Shown here piece after piece: positions 1 to 9,632 of a DNA stretch of 24,664 nucleotides. The notes beneath the pieces are model-generated. The model saw only the letters and a program-made list of their open reading frames with translations, was not told the origin of the DNA and did not search any database. Each line of letters starts with the position of its first letter. The first letter of the stretch is position 1. The stretch is taken from positions 1-24,664 of the IMG/VR virus record IMGVR_UViG_3300005805_007690; one strand, given 5' to 3'. The translations under genes and the position numbers were made by a program. This stretch comes from a virus (Duplodnaviria; Caudoviricetes).

Positions 1-1107
1 ATTCACTATATCCTGCACTATTAAAAAATAGCTAGACAGACCAGCCCCTTGTAAAACCCCAAGCTCATATTTAATTCTATCGGCATATTCTTTTTCTTGT
101 TCTTTGGTTAAATTGTTTGACAATAATTTTTTCCACCCATTTCTACATAATTGTCTAACATATTCGTCTTCTGATTCAAAATCTTTAGGATAATCAAAAC
201 TAGGTAAATTTGGCTTACTTAGAATATCATAATCTTCACATAATTCTGCAACTATATTAGTATTATAAATTTCTTCTTCATGATGGATTTGTTTCATTTC
301 TTCCTGAGAAGGAATATGAAAATTATTAGACTTAAAAAAACAGCCCATACCAACATCATCGTCATTTTCTAGTTTTTCATTAATAGCAGATAATGTGGTT
401 TTTAAATTATTACATAATAGTATTCTTTGATCGTCAGCATCTTCTCTTGTACAATAATGAGCATCTGGAGTAGATATAACTTTTAGATTAAATGTTTTTG
501 ATATTTGTCTTATACAATCAGTCAGATTTTTTTGTATTGGTAAATTTTCTTTATCTATCAATTGAGCTTCCAGGAATAGATTGTCTTTACCAAAAATATT
601 AATTAGTTCACCAAGATGTTGAGATGCGTTGTGTTCCCATTCTGGACTAATAGTATCATCTTGTGTTATCTTATTTGCTAGTGTTGAACCAAGATGACCA
701 GTAATTCCTATCAGATCACCACCAGTAAATTCAGATAATTTATCTATACTTAGTCTTGGCTTACGATAAAAATAATCTTCTCTATTAGATTCTGAGACTA
801 ATGATATTAGCTTTCTCCATCCATTATAATTTTTAGCTAAAACCAAAAAATGACTTAGTTTATAATTATCTTTAGTTTTAATAGAAGGATCATCATTACA
901 TATATATATCTCACAGCCTAAGATTGGCTTAATGCCTTTTGCTTTCATTTCTTTATAAAACTGAACAGAACCAGCTATATTGCCATGATCTGTCAAGGCA
1001 CATGCCTTAGCTTCTATATCAATACATCTTTGTGCAATTTTTGATGGTTTGCTAAGTCCATCTAATAGCGAAAAATGACTGTGTACGTGAAGAGGTATAT
1101 AATTCAT
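1..1107 (-). CDS. dnaE: DNA polymerase III alpha subunit, N-terminal PHP region (runs off the left edge)
   Basis: Not in the ORF track; translated by hand from ATG 1107: MNYIPLHVHSHFSLLDGLSKP...ALTDHGN...LSHFLVLAKN...TPDAHY...ELGVLQGAGLSSYFLIVQDIVN at the edge. These are the PHP HxH, TDH and DAHY motifs and the YFLIVxD motif of DnaE. ATGA overlap with the upstream stop. Confidence 0.95.
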   Translation of the reverse strand, partial: MNYIPLHVHSHFSLLDGLSKPSKIAQRCIDIEAKACALTDHGNIAGSVQFYKEMKAKGIKPILGCEIYICNDDPSIKTKDNYKLSHFLVLAKNYNGWRKLISLVSESNREDYFYRKPRLSIDKLSEFTGGDLIGITGHLGSTLANKITQDDTISPEWEHNASQHLGELINIFGKDNLFLEAQLIDKENLPIQKNLTDCIRQISKTFNLKVISTPDAHYCTREDADDQRILLCNNLKTTLSAINEKLENDDDVGMGCFFKSNNFHIPSQEEMKQIHHEEEIYNTNIVAELCEDYDILSKPNLPSFDYPKDFESEDEYVRQLCRNGWKKLLSNNLTKEQEKEYADRIKYELGVLQGAGLSSYFLIVQDIVN

Positions 1108-2147
1108 TCTATTGATCCTGGTGCCTTGTACTTACCTACAGTATAGCCTGGAACAGTATATTCGTCAAGCACCAGAGGCATACCTTTAATTTCAATATCA
1201 TGTTTTATTTGTTCACATTTTGTCATATATTGACCAACAGGAGTTAATTGATTATCTCTATATTCTTTTAGTGCTGCAATAGCAGTATTTTCAAAAGTTG
1301 TTTTGCCAAAATGACATAATTTGCTGCACATCCAAGTTTTATTTAATCTAGGCTTTTGTGTTTTTTTAATATATTCAAATTTATCCCTAAGCATTGTTTC
1401 TGTATCTTTTAAGTCGTTTTCTCCAAAACAAACAGAAAATGGTCCACCATCATTAATAAAAAATATAGTCACAATAACATGTTTAATATTTGGATATAGT
1501 TTTTGTATAGCATAGTGATATATTCTAAGTTGTGGATCTTTCTCTAATTTTTCCTGAGTTTTTTCTTGGCCAGTTGCCCAATCTAATCTTCTTCCTGTTT
1601 TCCAGTCAACTATCTCTAATGTATCATCATTAACCTTTGTTATAAGATCTATAGTGCCTTTGATTGCTAAATTACCCTCTAATGTTTCATTGGGTAGTTC
1701 ATATTTATATGAGGCCCATGGTTTATCAATTTCTATATCAAATCTTTGTTCCGGACAAACTATGGTTTTGTTTCTAGGGTCAAATGCTCCATTATGATAA
1801 TTAATTGCCTTATATACCCAGTTATAGCAATCGTTGTAATCTTTGTCTTTCCAGTTGTGATGTTTAAAATTTGATGAATAATAGTTATAAACAGTTTGTA
1901 TAATATTGTCCAAGCTATATTTATTAACATTAATTTTTCCAACAATATCATCATCAATAGTTGAACTGTTATTTTGATGAGCCTGTTTGATAAATGCTAA
2001 TATTTCTAATACTTTATGTACTATGGTGCCCTTATCAGCTTTTAATCCTGATGGCGACCTAATACCAAGATTATATTCAGCAAAATATTGCTGTTCACAC
2101 ATTGAGTGCGTGTTATATGATGAGCTTCTAAAATATGTAATTATAAT
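1104..2147 (-). CDS. Cas4/RecB-like PD-(D/E)XK exonuclease, probable Fe-S cluster
   Basis: Motifs GTIDLI...IVDWKTG and QLRIY (QxxxY), an N-terminal Cys and C-terminal CxxxC...C. The track starts at ATG 2102, but the frame is open to TAA 2160-2162 and adds IIITYFRSSSYNTHS, so the start is placed at ATT 2147 (inferred). Confidence 0.85.
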   Translation of the reverse strand: MIITYFRSSSYNTHSMCEQQYFAEYNLGIRSPSGLKADKGTIVHKVLEILAFIKQAHQNNSSTIDDDIVGKINVNKYSLDNIIQTVYNYYSSNFKHHNWKDKDYNDCYNWVYKAINYHNGAFDPRNKTIVCPEQRFDIEIDKPWASYKYELPNETLEGNLAIKGTIDLITKVNDDTLEIVDWKTGRRLDWATGQEKTQEKLEKDPQLRIYHYAIQKLYPNIKHVIVTIFFINDGGPFSVCFGENDLKDTETMLRDKFEYIKKTQKPRLNKTWMCSKLCHFGKTTFENTAIAALKEYRDNQLTPVGQYMTKCEQIKHDIEIKGMPLVLDEYTVPGYTVGKYKAPGSIE

Positions 2148-2737
2148 GGTAGGATTCCTTTACTGCTAAGAAAGTTATATAGTAGTTTATTTTGTTCTCC
2201 AATACCAATATGCGCATTATCAATTACGAAATCAAAATTAGAATGATCATATTTATGATAGTCTAAAGCTGTTTCGCTATCGTGATCAGAATTATAAATA
2301 TTTCTAGTAAGTTTAATAACCATACCACCAGCATTTTTAACAGCATCTACTTCATTAGGAAATCTACAATCAGCAATTAGTGCCAGATTATATTTTGTTT
2401 TTTCTTTCTCAATTTTATTAATAGTAGCATCTGCCCAAACATTTTTTTGTAGTTTTCTAAAAATATCAGTACCTACATATTGCATAACTTCTCTTGCTGT
2501 CATTGGTTCTGGAGTATCTGGCCAATAACATTTAGTAGGTTCATTTTTGCTATCATCTGGACCATAGCATTGATCATATGTTAACCCTAGTATATTCATA
2601 CAAATATCTTGTTTTAATGGATCAGCAAAATTATATATTTTTGGTTCGCCTAACAAATAGCCAACATATATATTAGCTAAAAATTCTGCACACGTTGTTT
2701 TACCAGATTGTTTTCGTCCAGCAAAAGCTATGATCAT
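2141..2737 (-). CDS. Deoxynucleoside monophosphate kinase (T4 gp1-like)
   Basis: P-loop GRKQSGKTT, FADPLK, REVMQYVGTD, DCRFPNE and HDSE, the typical phage dNMP kinase motifs. Confidence 0.88.
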   Translation of the reverse strand: MIIAFAGRKQSGKTTCAEFLANIYVGYLLGEPKIYNFADPLKQDICMNILGLTYDQCYGPDDSKNEPTKCYWPDTPEPMTAREVMQYVGTDIFRKLQKNVWADATINKIEKEKTKYNLALIADCRFPNEVDAVKNAGGMVIKLTRNIYNSDHDSETALDYHKYDHSNFDFVIDNAHIGIGEQNKLLYNFLSSKGILPL

Positions 2738-3900
2738 TTGATTTTCTCCATAAAAGCTTTAATTTCTAAATTAATTTCATCGCTATTCATTTCTCCGATA
2801 TCATTTTTGGATATGGTAGGAACATGAATCTGATATGTTCTATTGCATTTATCTATAATCTTTTTTGTTGCCTCAATACCAGCATCATCGTTGTCCATTA
2901 TAATAATAAGTTTCATGGCTCCTGAACTATCTAAAATAATTTTTTGTCTATCACTTAATGTTGTGCCAAAAATAGCCACACTATTATGTATACCATTTTC
3001 CTCTAATCTCCAAACATTACCAGGACTCTCTACTATAATAACAGTATTTGTTTGTTTAATGTGTTCTTTAGCAAACCACATGTTGTATAAAACATTTTGT
3101 GTTTTGAGTCCAGAACTATGTTTCCATTTAGAATATTGCCATTGATATTCTTGAGGACAAGATTCTGTGTCATTATGATATAAAGAACATTTGGGACATT
3201 TAGGAAATATACTACGTCCTGTACAGCCTATAACAAATTCTCTATTATCATCATAGATTGGAGCAACTACTCTATTACTCATTTCTTTATTTGGCCTATC
3301 ACATAATCCTATATCATATTTTTCAAGTATTTTAGTAGAGTATCCTCTATCTATATAGTATTGAGCAGGGATCCTAAGAATACTCTTAACCTGATTGCGT
3401 GTAATTTGTAGATTTAGTTTTTCTGGTTTTTGTGTTACCTTTTCTATGATCTGAGCAAACTGTTTCTTTTCTTTTGTAGCATTATCTACTTTGTAGTCAT
3501 TAAGTGATTGTCCAACAAATTTAGTAGCAAATTCTATGGCTTCAGCAAAAGTTGCTGTTTGATCACCATCATTGATCCAACCATATTTTTTATTTGAAAG
3601 AATACCACGAATAAAACCTATTATGGATGAACGGAAAACTTTGTCACATCCGTGTGTTCTACATTTCCAATTGCCTCTATAATTATCTCCTTCATGATAA
3701 ATATTTACTGCTGATGGATTATCTCCATTATGAATAGGACAACACATACTAACCATTGAATGATTATTATGCTTATATTCAATTTCAAAATAATCTAATA
3801 GATCTTCTATCTTATCACAAGTAGCATCACACAACAACTTTAATTGATGTTGATCATACGAAAGGGATTGATTCTTGTTGGTCTTCAACATTGAAGTCAT
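2734..3900 (-). CDS. dnaG: DNA primase (CHC2 zinc finger plus TOPRIM)
   Basis: CPIH...WKCRTHGC zinc finger, NRVVAPI...IGCTGR, TOPRIM IVESPGN...MDNDDAG; adjacent to DnaB. Start 3900 or 3891 is uncertain. Confidence 0.88.
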   Translation of the reverse strand: MTSMLKTNKNQSLSYDQHQLKLLCDATCDKIEDLLDYFEIEYKHNNHSMVSMCCPIHNGDNPSAVNIYHEGDNYRGNWKCRTHGCDKVFRSSIIGFIRGILSNKKYGWINDGDQTATFAEAIEFATKFVGQSLNDYKVDNATKEKKQFAQIIEKVTQKPEKLNLQITRNQVKSILRIPAQYYIDRGYSTKILEKYDIGLCDRPNKEMSNRVVAPIYDDNREFVIGCTGRSIFPKCPKCSLYHNDTESCPQEYQWQYSKWKHSSGLKTQNVLYNMWFAKEHIKQTNTVIIVESPGNVWRLEENGIHNSVAIFGTTLSDRQKIILDSSGAMKLIIIMDNDDAGIEATKKIIDKCNRTYQIHVPTISKNDIGEMNSDEINLEIKAFMEKIK

Positions 3901-5311
3901 TTATTCCACCATTTTTGTTAGTCAATAATTCTAGTCTTGTTCTACCCTCAGTAATTTTTGCACACCAACCCTTCATATGACAATTGATATAATCGTTATC
4001 ATCTAGTCCACCACCATGTCTACTAATTAATGGAACTAGTTTACGATTGCCATTAGAAGGTCCGTCTTCTGCTATTTCTTCATCTGATTTTCTTTTAAAG
4101 ATAGTAAAGTTACTACATAGCCAAATAATTCTATCCGAACCACTTGCGGTATCGGTACTTTCTTTACTAATACCATCTCTATTTAATTGAATAAAAGCTA
4201 CTATCGGCACCTTATATTTGGTAGCAAAATTATGTAGCGATGTCATCATGAATCCTAGTACTTGATATTCTTTCATATCCTGAGAAATACCAGCACTATC
4301 CATAAGTTTTAAATAATCATAAAATATTACGCAATCTTTTGCTGTACCATCATCGTTTAAGCCAACATCTTTAATAATCCATCTACGCATTAAAGATAAT
4401 TGTTCTTCAAATGGTTTACCAGCAATAGACTTATAAAATAGTTTTGTATTGGCTAATTCTTTAGCAGCATTTAGTATTTTTATTTTTTGATTTTCAGAAT
4501 CAGCAAACTTACCAGTTTCAATCTGATTGATTTCTACCTCTGTCATCATCGCCAATATTCTATGTAAATGATCTTCTTTTGTCATTTCTGTATCCATATT
4601 TAATACAGGAACTTGTAGATTATGAGCAATGTGAAAACCCATATTATCAGACAATAGTGTTTTACCTGTTTTGGGTCTTGCTGCAATAACATTAACTGTG
4701 CTTCTACGTAAACCTCCGCCAATAGCACTATCGTATATTGGAAAACCAGTAGAAATACCAACTTGGTCTATCTGATTCTTAGATAGGTAATCTATATAAT
4801 CTTCTAGATGATCTCCAATTAAAGCAGCATTGTTATCTACGTCATTCAATACCGAAGTAAAATCAAAGATAGTATCTTCAGCTAAACCTATTATGCTATT
4901 AATAGATTCAGAACCATTTACTTCTAATACTTTATTTTTAGCAGATTCTAGCTGCTTATATAACAAACGAGCTATTTCTAGCTTTCTGATTTTACCAGCA
5001 AATTTTCTAAGATTGTCTATATTAACCGGAAAATCCAAAATAGCTTTTAAATGAGCTAATTCATCTTTTTTAGTTAGGATGTGATCAACAGATAATTCTT
5101 GTGCTACAGATAGTATAGACGCTATATCTATCTTGGGCTTGTGGTCGTTCTCACAAATTCTCTTTAAGCACTTATATAGAATAGCATTACTATCTATTGT
5201 AAAAGATGTTTCTGATACTATATCTGCTATTTCCAAATATGCATCTTCACCAAATTCACATATCCCAGCCAATACTGCTCTTTCAGAAGCAGGATCTTGT
5301 AAAATTTTCAT
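3854..5311 (-). CDS. dnaB: Replicative DNA helicase, DnaB family
   Basis: N-terminal SERAVLA, GISTGF..YD...GG, Walker A AARPKTGKT, DTEM, Walker B FYDYLKL, QLNR. Start moved from 5332 to ATG 5311 (TGATG overlap with the upstream stop). Confidence 0.93.
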   Translation of the reverse strand: MKILQDPASERAVLAGICEFGEDAYLEIADIVSETSFTIDSNAILYKCLKRICENDHKPKIDIASILSVAQELSVDHILTKKDELAHLKAILDFPVNIDNLRKFAGKIRKLEIARLLYKQLESAKNKVLEVNGSESINSIIGLAEDTIFDFTSVLNDVDNNAALIGDHLEDYIDYLSKNQIDQVGISTGFPIYDSAIGGGLRRSTVNVIAARPKTGKTLLSDNMGFHIAHNLQVPVLNMDTEMTKEDHLHRILAMMTEVEINQIETGKFADSENQKIKILNAAKELANTKLFYKSIAGKPFEEQLSLMRRWIIKDVGLNDDGTAKDCVIFYDYLKLMDSAGISQDMKEYQVLGFMMTSLHNFATKYKVPIVAFIQLNRDGISKESTDTASGSDRIIWLCSNFTIFKRKSDEEIAEDGPSNGNRKLVPLISRHGGGLDDNDYINCHMKGWCAKITEGRTRLELLTNKNGGINDFNVEDQQESIPFV

Positions 5312-5688
5312 CAGCCAGCTCCAGAAGAACAATTATTACACTTAAATCGACTCTTATCCATAATAAGTCCAGCACTGATTACTTCTTTTTTACCACACAC
5401 CCTACATTGGGCTTCTGTTAAAGAATTATTTTTTCTTCTAGGTGTTGGGCCACTCACATTTAGTTTTTGATCTATTAGAACATCTTCTTTATGCATATTC
5501 TTTTCTGGCATATCATTGAATTTATTTTTAAAATTACTTTTTTTACCACTACTAACCTTTTTGGTTTTAATAGTAGACACAAACTCTGTGTCCTCTTCTT
5601 TTTGTGCTTCAATCTTTGTAGAAGAATTAGGCAACATGCTTTGTAGCATCGTTATCATTTGTTGAATTTGTTCAGGAGTTAGATCCAT
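5311..5688 (-). CDS. Hypothetical protein with C-terminal zinc ribbon
   Basis: CRVC...CNNC at the C-terminus; overlaps both neighbours. Confidence 0.7.
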   Translation of the reverse strand: MDLTPEQIQQMITMLQSMLPNSSTKIEAQKEEDTEFVSTIKTKKVSSGKKSNFKNKFNDMPEKNMHKEDVLIDQKLNVSGPTPRRKNNSLTEAQCRVCGKKEVISAGLIMDKSRFKCNNCSSGAG

Positions 5689-6160
5689 GTTTCACCTTTG
5701 TTTTACTAATTGACAACATTATATCTGACAAGTTTTTGATTCCATTTGCTATATATTGTAATCTATCTGATCTTTGTTTTGCATATTTTTTAATCTTATT
5801 TAATGCAGATGCTTTCTCATTATGCTTAATAGCCTGTAATGACTTTTCCACATAACCATAGCCCTTATATGTATTAATTTCATCAGCAATAACTTCTTTA
5901 ATTGTTTCATCTGCCCAATTTACTCTAGCTAATTCTCTATTTAATGTTCTTTGTACATGCAATGAGAATTGACCAAGACGATAAGCTATTTGACCACAAT
6001 CATCCGGTGTTAGTTTTTCTATTTCATCTCTGGTCATTCTAAAGTAATTATTTAGTTCATCTTCTGGTAAGAGATTACTTACATAATGTCCTATGCCAAT
6101 TCCTTTTTCATATTCATCTAATACCTTATCCCATTCATTAACTTGTTCTTTGGTATTCAT
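5672..6160 (-). CDS. Hypothetical helical/coiled-coil protein (UvsY-like role possible from position only)
   Basis: Long amphipathic helices; lies between recA and dnaB. Start moved to ATG 6160 (ATGA overlap). Confidence 0.65.
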   Translation of the reverse strand: MNTKEQVNEWDKVLDEYEKGIGIGHYVSNLLPEDELNNYFRMTRDEIEKLTPDDCGQIAYRLGQFSLHVQRTLNRELARVNWADETIKEVIADEINTYKGYGYVEKSLQAIKHNEKASALNKIKKYAKQRSDRLQYIANGIKNLSDIMLSISKTKVKHGSNS

Positions 6161-6558
6161 GATTTTAATATTTCCTTCCAATCATTTTCTTTGTCAAAAG
6201 GTAGTTCAATATATTCTATATTATTAAGTTCACACCATTCTTTTTTCTCTCTGTCTCTTTTTTGGTGTTTTACAAACCCTAATAAATTATGATGATAAAA
6301 CCTGTTAAACTTATAGTGTTGCTCACCATGTACTTCTATACATTTTTTAATCAATGGAATATAAAAATCCATGTATACATATTCACTCTTTCTTAAAACA
6401 ACTTGTACTTCTTCTAAAATCTGTAGTGTTGGATATATTTCATGAATAATTCTTCTAGCACCAAGATGCAAAGAAGACTTTTTATTATTTGAACCATGTG
6501 CTATATTTCCAGTCAATTGCCAATTATAAGAATTTCCATCCAAGTCTACTACTTGCAT
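6157..6558 (-). CDS. Vsr/DUF559-like endonuclease
   Basis: MDFYIP...IEVHGEQHY...QKRDREKKEWCELNNIEYIELP pattern. Start moved to ATG 6558. Confidence 0.75.
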   Translation of the reverse strand: MQVVDLDGNSYNWQLTGNIAHGSNNKKSSLHLGARRIIHEIYPTLQILEEVQVVLRKSEYVYMDFYIPLIKKCIEVHGEQHYKFNRFYHHNLLGFVKHQKRDREKKEWCELNNIEYIELPFDKENDWKEILKS

Positions 6559-7565
6559 TTTAATCCCATGGTTTCTTGAACCTTTTTCCAAAGGTCTTCG
6601 TAAACCTCTGGATGTTCCAGCAAATATTGTCTGGTTTTTTCCATACCTTGAAATTTTGGTTTTTCCTCAACTGTAGATATAGTATACCATGCACCGCCTT
6701 TGGCAATCAATCCAAGATCAACGCTTAGTGATAGTAATTCAGTATGCTTATCAATACCCTGTCCGTATCTTAGATAACTTTTGATAGTTCCTCCTGGTGG
6801 CCCTAATGCCGAACATAATACTTCCCATTCAACTTCTTGGCCTATTTGTGGGCTATCATCACTTAAATTCCATTTCTTAAAAAACTTAGCTTTAAGCTTG
6901 ATATCTGTTTGATAAGCAATAGCCTGTCCACTTTTTTCTTTCCATTCAACAGTACCATAGCCAGGATTACCCATCAAGTGAGTAATACCAATAACAATAT
7001 TTTTATTAACAGGAATAACATTAGCAACTTTTCTACAAAATTTAGCTAGTAATTTTGCACCATCTGCTCTTTGCATCTTATCCATACCAGAAGTAATTTC
7101 TGCTTCTGTGCATAATGCAGAATATGAGTCTATGATCAGTATTGATCCTGGTTCTTCATTAATAATTCTTTCTGCTATCTGTAGATATTCTTCAGCGTGT
7201 AAAATCTTACCTTGTTGTGATCCAATAACATCGAATCTTTCAAGATCAAGATGAGGAATCCCTTCCAAGTCTCTTTTCTTAAGTCTTCCTTCAATATTCA
7301 GATAATATACCATTCTAGGTTTTTTAAGATCGCCCTGATACTCAGGCTTTTGTGCTGTTGCAGCAAAATCTAGTGATGTTGTTGTTTTACCACATTTAGG
7401 TTGTCCAGTAAAAATTACAAAACTACCTTCTGGTATTCCACCATTTAATACCAAGTCTAACGATGGGCTAACTGGTATGATTACAGATTCTTTATCAACA
7501 ATCGAATTACCAGACAAGATGATATCTGTTCCAAAATTTTTCTTAACATCTTCTTTAACACTCAT
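6549..7565 (-). CDS. recA: RecA/UvsX-like recombinase
   Basis: SLDLVLNGGIPEG, Walker A GQPKCGKTT, Walker B LIIDS, and a C-terminal YGQGIDK...LGLIAKGGAWY...KFQG domain. Confidence 0.92.
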   Translation of the reverse strand: MSVKEDVKKNFGTDIILSGNSIVDKESVIIPVSPSLDLVLNGGIPEGSFVIFTGQPKCGKTTTSLDFAATAQKPEYQGDLKKPRMVYYLNIEGRLKKRDLEGIPHLDLERFDVIGSQQGKILHAEEYLQIAERIINEEPGSILIIDSYSALCTEAEITSGMDKMQRADGAKLLAKFCRKVANVIPVNKNIVIGITHLMGNPGYGTVEWKEKSGQAIAYQTDIKLKAKFFKKWNLSDDSPQIGQEVEWEVLCSALGPPGGTIKSYLRYGQGIDKHTELLSLSVDLGLIAKGGAWYTISTVEEKPKFQGMEKTRQYLLEHPEVYEDLWKKVQETMGLKCK

Positions 7566-7977
7566 TGTCTATATCCTCTAGTTTAGATCTAATATTTTTA
7601 CTTGTTCTAAGATTTCTTCGTTTTGATATATCTATATTTCTGTCGTAGTTTTTTGGCACAGGTGGCTGCTGTTGAGATAAAATAAAAGCTTCTTTCTTAA
7701 TTATATCCAACAACACAGGAGATCGCAAAGAATAAATTCTTGAAGCCTTGTCATTCTTTAATGCCTTTATGACTGCCTTATCTCCATATGTTTTAACCAA
7801 TTTATTAGCTGTAGCAATCTGGTTTCTAAAAAAAGCCGACCATTCTTTATTAAGCCAAAACCTATAGTGTAAATCTTTTTTATCAATTTTAGCCTTATTC
7901 TCACAAATCATTTCGGTAATATATTGAGCTGGACTCACATATTTACCATTAGAATATTTTGAGATATATTTATCCAT
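7555..7977 (-). CDS. Hypothetical basic protein
   Basis: 140-aa ORF overlapping both neighbours; no recognised motif. Confidence 0.7.
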   Translation of the reverse strand: MDKYISKYSNGKYVSPAQYITEMICENKAKIDKKDLHYRFWLNKEWSAFFRNQIATANKLVKTYGDKAVIKALKNDKASRIYSLRSPVLLDIIKKEAFILSQQQPPVPKNYDRNIDISKRRNLRTSKNIRSKLEDIDNEC

Positions 7978-8308
7978 TGTTAGGTCTATGAATTATAGAA
8001 TCCAGTCTATTAGAATTTGGCATGTTTTGATGAAAAGTATCTCCAACCTGAGATGCTTCTTTAGTCATAATAGACACACCAGAGTTATTTTTCGCAGAAG
8101 TTTTTCTAATCATTAGGTCTTTGGCCCTAGTGGTATTAGATGTTGTTGTTTTAATATTATTGGTATCAGAAGCCTTTTGGTGCTTTTCTATAAATTTAGT
8201 TAGATCATTTGGATCAACTTTTAATTCTTTGATAATCTCAGCTTCTGTTTGGTTTTGACTTAACATCCACAGTATAGCATATTGCTGACTCTTATTTAAT
8301 CTAGCCAT
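7970..8308 (-). CDS. Hypothetical protein, possible N-terminal helix-turn-helix
   Basis: LNKSQQYAILWM...TEAEIIKELKVDPNDLTKFI resembles an HTH; TAATG overlap at 8308. Confidence 0.6.
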   Translation of the reverse strand: MARLNKSQQYAILWMLSQNQTEAEIIKELKVDPNDLTKFIEKHQKASDTNNIKTTTSNTTRAKDLMIRKTSAKNNSGVSIMTKEASQVGDTFHQNMPNSNRLDSIIHRPNNG

Positions 8309-8700
8309 TAAGCCATCTCTCTTTCTGCATTATTTAACCATGCGATATTTTTAGTGCGTAAAAAATTTAAATACAAATCAAATACTTTTTTATTTACTTT
8401 CTTGAACTCAAATTCATTCTTACCAATCTTAGACATAAATTTTAATTGTTTGCCTTCGCTATATAGTCCCATAGGATTAAAAATTCTACCATGAGCACCT
8501 ACTTTAAGAAAATAGTAGGATTGATTATTATTTTCTGATATAGATGTTTTGGCTAGAATACTTTTATTATCAATATTGGCTCTTGGATTACCATCATCAT
8601 CTATAAAGTCATGTTGACCATATAACGTAAAATATAATGGTTCGGTGTCAGATGACTCGTCGGAGGTTGATTTACGTGGAGAAAAAATATAATTTTCCAT
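8308..8700 (-). CDS. Hypothetical protein
   Basis: 130-aa ORF with an AAGGA Shine-Dalgarno site, packed in the operon. Confidence 0.7.
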   Translation of the reverse strand: MENYIFSPRKSTSDESSDTEPLYFTLYGQHDFIDDDGNPRANIDNKSILAKTSISENNNQSYYFLKVGAHGRIFNPMGLYSEGKQLKFMSKIGKNEFEFKKVNKKVFDLYLNFLRTKNIAWLNNAEREMA

Positions 8701-8701
8701 A

Positions 8702-9061
8702 TTATCCTTTCTTAGTTTTTGGCCATGACATTTTTGGCGGCTTCTTGATACGAGACATTCCTTTTGGTAATGGTTTATCTGGTATATTTTCTTTGTATGA
8801 ATTATGTTTATTGTATAATTGATTTTTTTGATCTTCGCTTAATTTATCTCTATTTCTATTAGCAAGATCGCCAATAGTTTTTAGTTCACTATCTGCTTTT
8901 TTAACAGAAGTATTTTGTGTTAGAACATCATCCATATATCTGCGATGAGTATTAGATTTTTCACATTTATCACACACTGGTTTTTCTATATAGTCCTTGA
9001 TATAAAAAAATAATTCAAAATCTATATTACAATTATCGCAATGATATGAATAAGTTGGCAT
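8702..9061 (-). CDS. FmdB-family zinc-ribbon protein
   Basis: MPTYSYHCDNC...FE...CDKC signature. Confidence 0.85.
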   Translation of the reverse strand: MPTYSYHCDNCNIDFELFFYIKDYIEKPVCDKCEKSNTHRRYMDDVLTQNTSVKKADSELKTIGDLANRNRDKLSEDQKNQLYNKHNSYKENIPDKPLPKGMSRIKKPPKMSWPKTKKG

Positions 9062-9062
9062 A

Positions 9063-9632
9063 TTAATAATTAGATACGTACAATGTCCATTCTTTAGGAA
9101 TATCTGATCTTATTGTAGATAGATAGGACACAATCGGCAAGTATCTGATACTTTTTTGTGGTTCTTTAGGGAATGTTAATAAATTCATCTTAGCTTCTTG
9201 TGGTGTCTTATTTCCTTTTTTACGATTACAACTAACACAAGCTGTCACTATATTTGTCCATACTGTTGGTGATGCATCTTTCAACCAAGCAGATTTAGGT
9301 ATAACATGATCATATGTTAATTCTGATATATTAAAATAATCACCACAATACTGACACTGATAGTCGTCTCTAATAAAAACATTTTTACGAGAAAAATTGA
9401 CTCTACAATGACCAAACTTAAAAAATTTACATAGTTTAATTACTGCTGGTAGTTTATATGTTTTATTAACTCCAGCAATATTTTCATTATCATAAAATTC
9501 TATAATATCTATTTGTGCTTTTTTCTTATCATGATATTTCATATACCATGTCATGGCTCTTTGCCAATTGATAATACATAGCGGAGAATAGTCCGCATTA
9601 AGCACTAAACAATTTTTATGGTTCTTGCTCAT
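9063..9632 (-). CDS. HNH endonuclease (McrA-like)
   Basis: VLNADYSPL, RDDYQCQYCG, TYDHVIPKS, WTNIVTACVSCNRKKGNKTP. Confidence 0.92.
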   Translation of the reverse strand: MSKNHKNCLVLNADYSPLCIINWQRAMTWYMKYHDKKKAQIDIIEFYDNENIAGVNKTYKLPAVIKLCKFFKFGHCRVNFSRKNVFIRDDYQCQYCGDYFNISELTYDHVIPKSAWLKDASPTVWTNIVTACVSCNRKKGNKTPQEAKMNLLTFPKEPQKSIRYLPIVSYLSTIRSDIPKEWTLYVSNY

